A stretch of DNA of 64,000 bases from a virus: IMG/VR virus record IMGVR_UViG_3300037755_000305, positions 32,001 through 96,000 of that record; one strand, written 5' to 3'. The first letter of the stretch is position 1. Each line of letters opens with the position of its first letter. The translations under genes and the position numbers were made by a program. Shown piece after piece: positions 47,034 through 56,078 of this stretch. The notes beneath the pieces were generated by a model. It did not search any database, was not told where the DNA came from, and was given only the letters and a program-made list of their open reading frames with translations.

Positions 47034-47798
47034 ATGCCTAAGCCTAAGAATTTCGTACCCAAGAGACTGCTGGTAGGAATCGTTCTCGATCGCAGTAGCT
47101 CCATGAGTTCCATCTTGGAACCCACCATCAGCGGCACCAATGAGCAGTTTTCTGCTCTGCGGGATTCCGATGATGCCGCCAACACGTTCGTTGCCTTCAA
47201 CACCTTCAGTAACGTGGTGACGCCAGTCTTCCACGATGGTACCCCAGAGAAGAATCCGACTCTGGTTCCAGTCACCAGCCTGAAAGACATCAGCGATGCT
47301 GATTACCGCCCGAGCGGTATGACAGCCATGTTCGATGGTGTCAATGCCATGATCGACTTTCTCTCCGCAGAAGCATCTCATGTTGATGATGTTCTCATTG
47401 TCGTTATCAGCGACGGAGGTGAAAACGCCTCCACAACCACTTCCGAGAATCTTGCTTCCAAAATCAAGGAGCTTCAGGACGCTGGGTGGAACTTCACCTA
47501 CATCGGGGCCAACCAGGATCTTACACAGGTCCAGTCGCAGCTTGGTTTCCACAAGGGAAACATGATGACGTTCGATGCTAATGTGGTAGGAACACAGGCT
47601 ATGCAAGGTACTGTAGCAAACGCTCTATCCACCTACACGGCAACCCGGTCCGCCGCACTCAGGGGCGGAAACACGGGACGTCTTTCAACCCAGGCTCTCT
47701 ATGCCATGCCTGATCCGGACGACAAGTTCGCTGTAGATGTTGATCTCACCAATGACGTTATAGAGACCACTACAGACGTAGAGGAAACGGTTAGTTAA
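47034..47798 (+). CDS. von Willebrand factor A domain protein
   Basis: MIDAS motif LDRSSSM, GMTAMFDG, VISDGGENAS. Confidence 0.9.
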   Translation: MPKPKNFVPKRLLVGIVLDRSSSMSSILEPTISGTNEQFSALRDSDDAANTFVAFNTFSNVVTPVFHDGTPEKNPTLVPVTSLKDISDADYRPSGMTAMFDGVNAMIDFLSAEASHVDDVLIVVISDGGENASTTTSENLASKIKELQDAGWNFTYIGANQDLTQVQSQLGFHKGNMMTFDANVVGTQAMQGTVANALSTYTATRSAALRGGNTGRLSTQALYAMPDPDDKFAVDVDLTNDVIETTTDVEETVS

Positions 47799-49082
47799 GT
47801 GTCCGACGAGATGAGCACAGAACAGAAGATCTGCTTCGACGAAGCCATGAGCGGCCAGAACCTATTCATATCGGGTCCTGGAGGTGTGGGTAAAAGCTTC
47901 GTCGTAAAGCATATCATAGAAGAGTTCAAGGCTCGTGGACACAAGTTTCGAATTGCTGCTTCTACCGGCGTTGCTGCTCTCAACGTCGGTGGAAGCACCA
48001 TCCACTCCCTTCTCGGAACACGCTTAGCTGGCAACATAAAAGAAGCAAAAGAGTACCATGGTACCGGTGCCATGCAGAAGGCGCAAGCCCGACTAAACTT
48101 CGTCAAGACGCTAATCATTGACGAAGTGTCGATGCTATCGGGCGATTACATTACTATGATGGATTGGTGGCTACAGCAAGTTAGAAGTTGCCCAGAAGCC
48201 TTTGGCGGTGTGCAGATCATTTTTTGTGGAGACTTCCTACAGCTACCGCCTGTTGAGAAAGGCGATACTGCCGAATACCGTTTTGCCATAGATTCCCCTT
48301 CCTGGGAACGCGCCAACCTGAAAACGATTGATCTACAGAGGTCATTTAGGCAAGATGACGCTGTTTTCGTTAATGCACTAAATCGCGTGAGGTTCGGAGA
48401 ATACACGAAAGAAATTAGGAAGGTTTTTCGACCCTGCGTTGGTAGGGAACTGGAAGAACCTACGCATCTGGTCGCCACCAACAAAGAAGCCGATCAAATA
48501 AATTTCGATAAGCTGCGAGCACACCCTGGTGAAGAACTTTATGCCAAACCTAATTTCTCAATCTTCACCAAGTACCCTGATGGCGTTAAAGAGAAAATGG
48601 TCCGCGATAGCTTGACAGATTCTCCTCTATGCTTGAAGACAGGCGTTCCTGTGCTTTTGTTGAAAAATCATCGAGAAGGAATGTATGTCAACGGAAGTCG
48701 AGGTGTAGTCAAGCGCCTCAACCAGAGCGGTGACGGGGAAATCGGTAGTATTTTGGTTACCTTGGACACAGGAGAGGACGTTCTCGTAGAAAGAGTTGAG
48801 TGGGAACAACTTGACGGGGACGGCAGAGTGTTGGCTATTATGACGCATTTCCCTGTACGTCTGGGCTGGGCCTTGACCATACATAAAAGTCAAGGACTTA
48901 CACTAGATAATGTAGAGATTGATCTTTCCCGGGGGTTCGCCTGCGGACAGGCGTATGTGGCACTTTCCCGAATGCGTTCCCTGGAGGGACTGTCTCTAAC
49001 GATACCTATCGACCCTAGCATTGTCAAAGCTGAGCCCCGTCTAGTGGAATTCTACGATAAGGCGAGAGTAAACGAGCTGTAG
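47799..49082 (+). CDS. pif1: PIF1-family helicase
   Basis: GPGGVGKS, DEVSML, GDFLQLPPV, FPVRLGWALTIHKSQGLTLD. Confidence 0.93.
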   Translation: MSDEMSTEQKICFDEAMSGQNLFISGPGGVGKSFVVKHIIEEFKARGHKFRIAASTGVAALNVGGSTIHSLLGTRLAGNIKEAKEYHGTGAMQKAQARLNFVKTLIIDEVSMLSGDYITMMDWWLQQVRSCPEAFGGVQIIFCGDFLQLPPVEKGDTAEYRFAIDSPSWERANLKTIDLQRSFRQDDAVFVNALNRVRFGEYTKEIRKVFRPCVGRELEEPTHLVATNKEADQINFDKLRAHPGEELYAKPNFSIFTKYPDGVKEKMVRDSLTDSPLCLKTGVPVLLLKNHREGMYVNGSRGVVKRLNQSGDGEIGSILVTLDTGEDVLVERVEWEQLDGDGRVLAIMTHFPVRLGWALTIHKSQGLTLDNVEIDLSRGFACGQAYVALSRMRSLEGLSLTIPIDPSIVKAEPRLVEFYDKARVNEL

Positions 49083-49100
49083 CACAACATACCGTCGTAA

Positions 49101-49107
49101 ACTAAAG
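49101..49107 (+). promoter_or_regulatory. ACTAAAG motif
   Basis: Intergenic, between pif1 and the phosphoesterase gene. Confidence 0.45.
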
Positions 49108-49150
49108 ATTAGGTAGGAAACACCCCTTATTTCTACGCAGGAGGTTCCTC

Positions 49151-50719
49151 GTGACTGACGACAACCAAGTTTGCCCTCATTGCCACAGCGACTCGCTACA
49201 GAAGCGCGGTCTTACCAAGGCAGAAGAACCCAAGCAACAGTATGCCTGTAACGAATGCGGTAAATGGTTCCTTGTTTCCCTCGTAGAGATTGATGACGAC
49301 AAAGAGTTTACACTCACCAAATCCCAAATCGCTGCACTTGAGCGCAAGGACCGATTCTTCGTTACGTGTTCCCAGAACAATACCCCTGTTGATAGAGGGT
49401 TTTGGTCTGCTATCGAGCATTATCGCGCCGAAAACGGTTCCGAACTTCTGATTCCTCCCATTAGGTACAAGAATCCTACCTCTCGCTTCGACGCTCAAGA
49501 TGACGACAATGATGTGTGGTGGCCGGATGAAGTTGTTCCGTTCCTGTGTGAAAGCATCGTCAAGATTCACCCAGAATTGTGGGTCATGGGTAACATGCGA
49601 ATCCAGGCAACTGCCACAAACCCGCTTACTGGTCTGGAAACCATCTCTCATAACGCTTCTGCTATCTACGGACACAACCAGCTCCAGATGAAGACCATTC
49701 CCACGCCGCAGCAGGATCTTCCTAAGCAGTTGTGGGCTTCTGGTTCGTGTTCTGTTCAAAACTACTCTAAAACCAAGGCTGGTGTCAAGGGTGAACACCA
49801 TCACACGATTGCTGGTCTCGTTATCGAGAAGAAGGGCAAGAAGTTCCACATTCGCCCTGTCATCTGGGATGGTGAGTGTTTCTACGACCTTGACAAGAAA
49901 TACACCGTAGATGGGGTAGAGCGCAATCAGCGCATTTCGGCTCTGGTTACTGGCGACGAGCACGCCCTGTTCAATTGCCCAGATGTCAAAGCAGCTACAT
50001 ACACCAACAAAGACAGCATCTCTGCGGTTCTGAAGCCTGAAGTGGTTGTGCGTCACGATGTGTTCGATGGCTACTCCATTTCTCATCACCACCGAAACAA
50101 TCCGCTCACACAGTACGTTAAGTGGCGAGAAGGAGTCAATAAGGTTGAGGATGAACTTCAAGCCACAATTGACTATATTTGCGAAACGACACCAGCCGGG
50201 ACTACGAATATCATTGTGGCGTCCAACCACAACGAACACCTATATCGGTGGCTCAAGGAGGTTGATTGGAAGCTAGAGCCATGGAATGCCAAGATCTTCC
50301 ATTGGTTCTGGTATCACATGCTCGACGAGGCTGGATTCGGGGAAGCAGGAGCTTTTACTTTCGATCCATTCGCCTATTGGGCAGAACAACACATGGACCC
50401 GAAATGTTCCACCAAATTCCTGGAGCGAGATGAGTCTTACGTAGTAAATCGGGTCGAACTGTCGTTACATGGTGATCTAGGTCCCAACGGGTCCAGGGGT
50501 TCTGCGGCCAACTTGAACAAGATCGGAATTCGGTCCATAATAGGTCATTCACATAGTCCCTGCATTGAAAAGGGGGTCGTCCAGGTCGGTACCAGCTCGT
50601 ACCTGAAGCTGGAGTACACCTCTGGTCCCAGTTCATGGATGAATTCTCACGCGCTCGTCTACAAGAATGGAAAACGAGCGCTCGTCAATGTTCTTGACGG
50701 CGGCGAATGGCGGGGCTAA
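49151..50719 (+). CDS. calcineurin-like metallophosphoesterase/nuclease (T5 A1-like) with an N-terminal InsA-type Zn ribbon
   Basis: CPHCHS..QYACNECG; GDEH, HDVFDG, SNHNEH, HGDLGPNGSRG, GHSH. Confidence 0.75.
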   Translation: MTDDNQVCPHCHSDSLQKRGLTKAEEPKQQYACNECGKWFLVSLVEIDDDKEFTLTKSQIAALERKDRFFVTCSQNNTPVDRGFWSAIEHYRAENGSELLIPPIRYKNPTSRFDAQDDDNDVWWPDEVVPFLCESIVKIHPELWVMGNMRIQATATNPLTGLETISHNASAIYGHNQLQMKTIPTPQQDLPKQLWASGSCSVQNYSKTKAGVKGEHHHTIAGLVIEKKGKKFHIRPVIWDGECFYDLDKKYTVDGVERNQRISALVTGDEHALFNCPDVKAATYTNKDSISAVLKPEVVVRHDVFDGYSISHHHRNNPLTQYVKWREGVNKVEDELQATIDYICETTPAGTTNIIVASNHNEHLYRWLKEVDWKLEPWNAKIFHWFWYHMLDEAGFGEAGAFTFDPFAYWAEQHMDPKCSTKFLERDESYVVNRVELSLHGDLGPNGSRGSAANLNKIGIRSIIGHSHSPCIEKGVVQVGTSSYLKLEYTSGPSSWMNSHALVYKNGKRALVNVLDGGEWRG

Positions 50720-50949
50720 TGCCCACCGTCTACGGACACAGACTACGCTGGGTCGAGGATCAGGTTCCCTGTACTGAGTGTGGTGCGCCTCACGACGAAA
50801 GCTGGTTCATGGTCTCTGTAATGCCCGGAGACAAGCTTTTGTGCCGAACCTGCCTCTCAGTGTGGAAAGAACAAGAAAAGTCTGAACAGGACGTTGACGA
50901 GCTTTTCGCTAATGTTCCTCGGCGAGCAGGGCGACGGGTTCTTTCCTAG
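50707..50949 (+). CDS. small two-CxxC zinc-finger protein
   Basis: CTEC...CRTC; last plus-strand gene, overlapping the convergent ORF. Confidence 0.55.
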   Translation: MAGLMPTVYGHRLRWVEDQVPCTECGAPHDESWFMVSVMPGDKLLCRTCLSVWKEQEKSEQDVDELFANVPRRAGRRVLS

Positions 50950-51166
50950 TCCATCTGTAGAGTCCAAAGGCATCCATACAAAGAAATAGGGCTCCCCACC
51001 CCCAGATCGAAGACATACCCATTTCGATTCCAATCCAGAGCCATCCCGCTTCTCCAATGAAACGGAATACCCAACCCCAACTGCTCTTTCTAGCAAGCAT
51101 AAACATACCAAAAGCTAGAGAGGCATAGAATACATGACCGAAGACATCGAGTATTTCTAGGGTCAT
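50909..51166 (-). CDS. small 3-TM membrane protein, PnuC/SemiSWEET-like
   Basis: G..MLARKSSWGW....GEAGW.......FLCMDAFGLYRW. Confidence 0.55.
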   Translation of the reverse strand: MTLEILDVFGHVFYASLAFGMFMLARKSSWGWVFRFIGEAGWLWIGIEMGMSSIWGWGALFLCMDAFGLYRWTRKEPVALLAEEH

Positions 51167-51819
51167 GGGACTACCGGCTTCTTGGCTGGAGTTCCCCAGA
51201 TTTCGTCAACAACGCCGTTGGCAACCATTTCCTTAGCGTCCATCCACAGTTCCCCGCCCCCACGGGCATTGAAGCCCCAAAACGCTACACGGTCCTTGTG
51301 GGTGCGAATCTTCTTCCCTGTCTCGGGGTTTAGTGGTGTTGTTCTACGCGCCATCTGATCGAGCCAGCGGTCGTTCTCGCGCTCTTCCCACGCCATTCGG
51401 TCCTTGGCGTCTGGCCAGTGCATGTCTTCCGAAACGTCTGTAGTGCCAGCGTGCCACATGAAGGAGGCGTGCGGGAGAGCATATCGGCTTCCGGTACCGG
51501 AAGCCAGAAGCAAACAAGCTGCCGAGGAACAATTTCCATAAGCGACTGTGTGTACTGGATTATCCATGATGGACATTATGTCGATGATAGCCCACATTTC
51601 GTGCAGCCAACCACCAGAATTGTTTAGCCACAGCTCGATCGGTCCTGGACTTTTGTCTAGGTGCATCAAATTTCTGGAGACGTATTCAATACCTATGTCG
51701 TGACTTTCTTCGGACGGACCCATCCAGTGATGGTTGTATATTCTTCGTGCTCGGAGATCGCAACCGTAGTCGTGCAGGAAATTGAAAACGGTAGGATTGT
51801 CGTACTTGGGTCCGGCCAT
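51163..51819 (-). CDS. clpP: ClpP-like serine protease
   Basis: LWLNNSGG, TVAYGNCSSAA (Ser), FMWH (His), WMDAKE...GVVDEI. ATG at 51819 with GGAG upstream. Confidence 0.88.
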   Translation of the reverse strand: MAGPKYDNPTVFNFLHDYGCDLRARRIYNHHWMGPSEESHDIGIEYVSRNLMHLDKSPGPIELWLNNSGGWLHEMWAIIDIMSIMDNPVHTVAYGNCSSAACLLLASGTGSRYALPHASFMWHAGTTDVSEDMHWPDAKDRMAWEERENDRWLDQMARRTTPLNPETGKKIRTHKDRVAFWGFNARGGGELWMDAKEMVANGVVDEIWGTPAKKPVVP

Positions 51820-51951
51820 TTGCGTGTATCTCCAGGGAGTTAGGTGTGTACCTAGAGATAATTTGGTCCTTCCTAGGATCGGCAAATCTAATACCCTGGG
51901 GGATCGGCAACATAAAGAAAGGCCCTCCCAGGGGTCTTATTTATTAGCTAG

Positions 51952-51958
51952 ACTAAAG
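51952..51958 (+). promoter_or_regulatory. ACTAAAG motif on the plus strand, upstream of the structured element
   Basis: Lies within the inverted repeat AGACTA-AAGAA-TAGTCT; both flanking genes are minus-strand. Confidence 0.45.
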
Positions 51959-51990
51959 AATAGTCTCAGGCTCCACGAGAGCCCTACATC

Positions 51991-52103
51991 AGACTTACAC
52001 CCCGCTGTCCGGCGAGAGGGTGGCCGCGACGGACAGACCCCATATCCCACAGAGTCGCACGGACTCGTCCTGTCCGTCGCGGTAATTCTGGCTGTGTAAG
52101 TCT
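51991..52103. ncRNA. candidate structured ncRNA (nested stems, family unknown)
   Basis: 10-bp stem 51991-52000/52094-52103, 13-bp stem 52024-52036/52070-52082, 5-bp stem 52052-52056/52062-52066. Confidence 0.6.
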
Positions 52104-52111
52104 TGAAGATC

Positions 52112-52333
52112 TTAGTAGAAGCCTTCACCGATGGGCATACCCAGCCAGCCGCCTTCTGAAGATCCGTGAATTCTCTTGATGATAGTTTCCCGATCAGGAG
52201 TGGGCATGAGCCACGGACTCTTTTTGTCACCTAAGGATTCGAACAAAAGTGTCCGTTCCTCTACCCATTTGTAGAGTTCTTCCCATTCGCTATCAGACGC
52301 CGAAGCATTGATTGATTTAGTCGTCGCTGTCAT
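52112..52333 (-). CDS. hypothetical protein
   Basis: ATG at 52333 (MTATTK) overlaps the upstream ORF end. Confidence 0.45.
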   Translation of the reverse strand: MTATTKSINASASDSEWEELYKWVEERTLLFESLGDKKSPWLMPTPDRETIIKRIHGSSEGGWLGMPIGEGFY

Positions 52334-52487
52334 CGCTGCCAGTATCCCAGTGCAGTAGAGGAGCCAAGGAATGGTTATCCTGTCCGACTTCCTTCTTGTC
52401 TCCCTTGTCTGGCAACTGAGTAAAGTCCTTCTTTTCTTCCTTATCTGCACCGCTCTGCGGTTGCAGACTAGTCTTCTTGTCGGACAT
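52317..52487 (-). CDS. small charged protein
   Basis: ATG at 52487 with GGAG RBS (MSDKKT...). Confidence 0.45.
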   Translation of the reverse strand: MSDKKTSLQPQSGADKEEKKDFTQLPDKGDKKEVGQDNHSLAPLLHWDTGSDDSDD

Positions 52488-52674
52488 CTTTGTTCTCCCC
52501 AAGAACTTTGCTAGAAAGGTCTACGACGGCCCATTTGTCGTCGCGAATCTCAACCAGCGAAAGCCCCGATGCTTGCAATTGTGCCTGGGTAGTTACCGGA
52601 TCGAAATCTTCGCCTCCACACCAAACCAGGGTTTCTCCTGTCTTATTATCCATTCGCGAGATAAGTCTCATCAT
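52468..52674 (-). CDS. hypothetical protein
   Basis: ATGA overlap with the HNH gene stop. Confidence 0.5.
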   Translation of the reverse strand: MMRLISRMDNKTGETLVWCGGEDFDPVTTQAQLQASGLSLVEIRDDKWAVVDLSSKVLGENKDVRQED

Positions 52675-53132
52675 TTACCTACATTTGGGTACACATTGCG
52701 AATGTGTGCCTCTATAATTTTTCTGGTGTAGTCTGCCATCGACAATTTTCTGTCCCGTGCTATTACCTGTAGGGCATCACGGTATGGCTTCTTCAGCTTT
52801 AGCCCAACGCCGATTTCTCGATCTTCATCGACGGCTTTTTGCTCAGCACTCATTACGGTACTACGGTTAGCTAAATTGGCAAGTTCCACGCATCTGGATT
52901 GAACATCTCCTTGCGGAAACATGCTTTGTACGGCTGATCTGATTTCTCCGACTCGCTTCGGGTTCCTCATCATTCTGGCTACCGTGTGCATATCAGCGTG
53001 GCACCCGGAACATAAGCTTACCAAGTTATCTGGTCCGTCTGAGCCTCCAAGAGACTTTGGAATCTTGTGATGCTTATGCACAAAATCCAACGACTTCTGG
53101 GCGTGGCAGATATAGCAGACGAAACTTCCCAC
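52671..53132 (-). CDS. HNH endonuclease fused to a C-terminal ribbon-helix-helix domain
   Basis: CYIC..HHKIPKSLGGSDGPDNLVSLCSGCHADMH; VGLKL...ALQVIARDRKLSMADYTRKII. Confidence 0.8.
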   Translation of the reverse strand: MGSFVCYICHAQKSLDFVHKHHKIPKSLGGSDGPDNLVSLCSGCHADMHTVARMMRNPKRVGEIRSAVQSMFPQGDVQSRCVELANLANRSTVMSAEQKAVDEDREIGVGLKLKKPYRDALQVIARDRKLSMADYTRKIIEAHIRNVYPNVGK

Positions 53133-53356
53133 TAGCTCTTCTTTCGTACAGCAATCACTGTTCCAGCTAGAGTGAAGACACCAGCAATAATAGCAGCAAC
53201 AATCACACCGTTTCCATCTCCGGTCGGAACATGGTTTTCGATGACGATAGTCTTTTGGGGTGCTGTATTCTGCTCGTACTGGTAATCTCCTCCACCTCCA
53301 GCAAGGGCAATAGTCGGAACCAGAATCAACATCGTTACAATCAGCCTAGCGACCAT
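53132..53356 (-). CDS. small protein with signal peptide and C-terminal TM anchor
   Basis: MVARLIVTMLILVPTIALA...VIVAAIIAGVFTLAGTVIAVRKK. Confidence 0.6.
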   Translation of the reverse strand: MVARLIVTMLILVPTIALAGGGGDYQYEQNTAPQKTIVIENHVPTGDGNGVIVAAIIAGVFTLAGTVIAVRKKS

Positions 53357-53358
53357 GA

Positions 53359-53622
53359 TTATAGGACCTCTAGTACACCCGCCCGAACGAGCTTCTCGAT
53401 ATTGGACTGCTTTACGGCTTCCCGATCGACATCCTTACGGCTGAACATGTCAATGGTCTTTCCATTGGCAATTCGGACCGGCTTGACTTCAACGGAATAC
53501 TTTACACCGTCGTCGTCAGTCTTTAGGACAGGGTTTCGGAACACAACGATAGCTTCACCCGAAGCCGAGTTGCGTACCTTCAGGGACCCTGCCGATAGTG
53601 CGCGATTCAATGTTGCAGACAT
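53359..53622 (-). CDS. hypothetical protein directly after the tape measure gene
   Basis: GGAGG RBS; 87 aa. Confidence 0.65.
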   Translation of the reverse strand: MSATLNRALSAGSLKVRNSASGEAIVVFRNPVLKTDDDGVKYSVEVKPVRIANGKTIDMFSRKDVDREAVKQSNIEKLVRAGVLEVL

Positions 53623-53639
53623 TACGTCCTCCTTGGCCG

Positions 53640-56078
53640 CTACGCGGCGTCGTTCACAGACTGGGCGTAAATCGAGTCCCAGTTCGTTACTTCCAAAATA
53701 AGAGACCTACCTGATACCGAACCTGTGGCTCTGGCAGCTCCAGCACCGCTGTCCCCGGCGGCAGCACTTCCTGAAACTGGGGTGTCTGTCACTACAGATT
53801 TAGCATTGCTGGCTTTGGGAAGTGCTCCCCGCTCTCGTAGCATCTTTCTATGCTTAGCTACAGCATCTTGGTCAATTTCGCTGTCAGCCTTGGTGGGAGC
53901 CAGAGGATCTTCTCCCAGACCCACCAAATTCTTCATCCATCCGCCAACATCCAGAGACGTTTCTGCGGCCTCTTTGGCGTCAATCAAACCAAAAGTCAAA
54001 GCACTGATGGCTTGACCCACACCAGCAGCAGCGTATTCCGCCATACTGGGATCAACTTTGCCAAAAATCTCAGATGCGTTGTACACTCCATAAGCAAATC
54101 CACCAAGCGCCGTAATAGCAGCACCAATGGGACCGGCCTTGCCAGCAATTCCAAGGATTCCCTTCATGCCCGTCATGGCACCACGTCCTAGCATTCCGGC
54201 TCCTTTGCCCATCATAGCGCCAGCTCCCCTAGCAAATGTGGGCATAGACTTAGATAGTCTGCCAACCATGCCAGCGCCTTTGCTCGTGCCGGGAAGAGGA
54301 ATGTTACCCAGGAGTCTTCCTAAGCCTTTTCGAGCCATCAATCCAGCAATAACCACACCAAGACTAATAGGAAGACTGGCCAACAGCGCGGGAATGGTCT
54401 TCACAGAATTAAGCATGCCACCCATCCAGGCCGTTACTTGGTTAGCGGAAGCCCACTCTTCCCAAGCGGGCTTCTTACCGGCACCGGCCTCTTCAGCTAA
54501 AGCCTTTTGTGCGGCTGTTCCAGCCCCTCCCATTTCGTAAAACTGCTTCTGTAAGTCCCGCATGCTAACCTTGCCAGATCTAGCAGCGTTGACCATAGCA
54601 GAAGCGTCTTCGTCTTCCTTCCACTTTTCTCCAAAAAGAGCAGCCGCTTGCTGGTTACCTTTGTCTCCAGACAATCCCTTAATCTTGGTAGCTAGCAAAT
54701 TCGCTTCTGCAACCATGTACTGCGCATCTTGGATAGAAAGTCCCTTGGCAAGCAGGTCACCAACGTTACCTGTGGAGGCAGAAGCTCGCATGTCTTCCAA
54801 CATCTTCTGACTAAGAGCCGAAGAGTTTTCAACTGCTTTCTCGAAGGCAAACAAACTGTCGGAAGACATCAAGCTGCCTCGTTTTAGCAAATCAGCAATA
54901 ATCTCGCCTTCACTGCCGAATTCCTCCTTCAACTTCTCTAAGTGAGCTGTACGCTCGTCATCAGTCTTCAGCGCGTTCCACTCTGCCTGCATTGCATCAC
55001 GGAACTGCGTTATACCGACGATGTTGACCTTACCAGCCATTTCCATGTTCTTCTTGGCGCTAGCCAGTGCTGCTTCAGGTGCCTTACCCAAAGCAAGTTG
55101 CATCTGTAGTTCACGTCCCAGTGTCTCGGTCAACATGCGAGAGTTCTGATTCATGAAGCTAGCACCATAAGCCATTTCTTGGATAGCCGAAGCGAAAGCT
55201 TTAGAGTTCACAGAACCTTCACCGAATCTGTTGTTAAGTTCCCCTGTAATTTCCGTCATGTCCTTGACAGTATTCAGGGTATCGTCTAGTGTTTCCCCAA
55301 GCTTCTTATAGCCCTGGTCAGCCAAAGTTGCAATGTCCACCATACCCAAACCGCTTAGCTTGGACATAGCAGCCATACCGCCCCATTTCCGGGACATCTC
55401 GTCTACCTTGTCGCCAGTACCGCCGTAAGTTTCGGTAAGTTTGGCGAACGCTGCGTTAGAGTCTTCTGCCACGACGCCAAATTGTGCTGCTTGCACAGAG
55501 CCTAGCCTCATGGCCGCCATATATTTTCCGGTAGAAGTGGCCAGCTCTCCCATGGTTTTGTTCTGAATTTGCCCAGTACGTGCCATGATATCGAAACCTT
55601 GATTCATGTCACCAAGCACGATTCCAGCATCTCGAATAGCCGCCGTAAAGAGAGACAGTCCGGCAGGCATCTCGTTCAAAACATTTTGAAGACGTCCCAT
55701 CATACCACGGGACTCGTTTAGTTGTTTGTTGTATTCTTTTGTATCGTCAATAGCTTTTTTTCGAGCATCAGCGAGCTTTCCGTACTGGCTGATGCGTTCG
55801 CGCATCGAAATGGTGCCAGACTTCATAGTTTTGTCAAAGACTTTTTGTTGCTTTTCGAACGCTGCTAGACTATCCTTGGCCTTCAACAAAGACCGGGTAG
55901 CGCTCATTTTTTCCCATGCTTTGTCTGTACTTTTGACTAATTTTTCGATGGCACTAAGGCGTTTTGCCATCTCGCCTGCAAGCTTCACATCGGTCTTGGA
56001 GTAGCCTCCACCAAGACCGATATCGGGAGATGCTTTATGTCCTCCTCCAGCGCCCTTTAGAATATCAAGAATGCTCAT
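53640..56078 (-). CDS. tail tape measure protein
   Basis: Ala/Gly/Met-rich helical protein with hydrophobic C-terminal segments; follows tube and chaperones. Confidence 0.85.
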   Translation of the reverse strand: MSILDILKGAGGGHKASPDIGLGGGYSKTDVKLAGEMAKRLSAIEKLVKSTDKAWEKMSATRSLLKAKDSLAAFEKQQKVFDKTMKSGTISMRERISQYGKLADARKKAIDDTKEYNKQLNESRGMMGRLQNVLNEMPAGLSLFTAAIRDAGIVLGDMNQGFDIMARTGQIQNKTMGELATSTGKYMAAMRLGSVQAAQFGVVAEDSNAAFAKLTETYGGTGDKVDEMSRKWGGMAAMSKLSGLGMVDIATLADQGYKKLGETLDDTLNTVKDMTEITGELNNRFGEGSVNSKAFASAIQEMAYGASFMNQNSRMLTETLGRELQMQLALGKAPEAALASAKKNMEMAGKVNIVGITQFRDAMQAEWNALKTDDERTAHLEKLKEEFGSEGEIIADLLKRGSLMSSDSLFAFEKAVENSSALSQKMLEDMRASASTGNVGDLLAKGLSIQDAQYMVAEANLLATKIKGLSGDKGNQQAAALFGEKWKEDEDASAMVNAARSGKVSMRDLQKQFYEMGGAGTAAQKALAEEAGAGKKPAWEEWASANQVTAWMGGMLNSVKTIPALLASLPISLGVVIAGLMARKGLGRLLGNIPLPGTSKGAGMVGRLSKSMPTFARGAGAMMGKGAGMLGRGAMTGMKGILGIAGKAGPIGAAITALGGFAYGVYNASEIFGKVDPSMAEYAAAGVGQAISALTFGLIDAKEAAETSLDVGGWMKNLVGLGEDPLAPTKADSEIDQDAVAKHRKMLRERGALPKASNAKSVVTDTPVSGSAAAGDSGAGAARATGSVSGRSLILEVTNWDSIYAQSVNDAA

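Noticed and set aside
52056-52075. Hammerhead-like GACGAGTCCGTG on the minus strand
   Set aside because: The CUGANGA and GAAA core elements are missing.
52452-52470. GCTCTGCGGTTGCAGACTA as a fourth hairpin-element copy
   Set aside because: It lacks the loop length and GYAGAG arm, lies antisense within coding sequence and is not near a plus-strand start.
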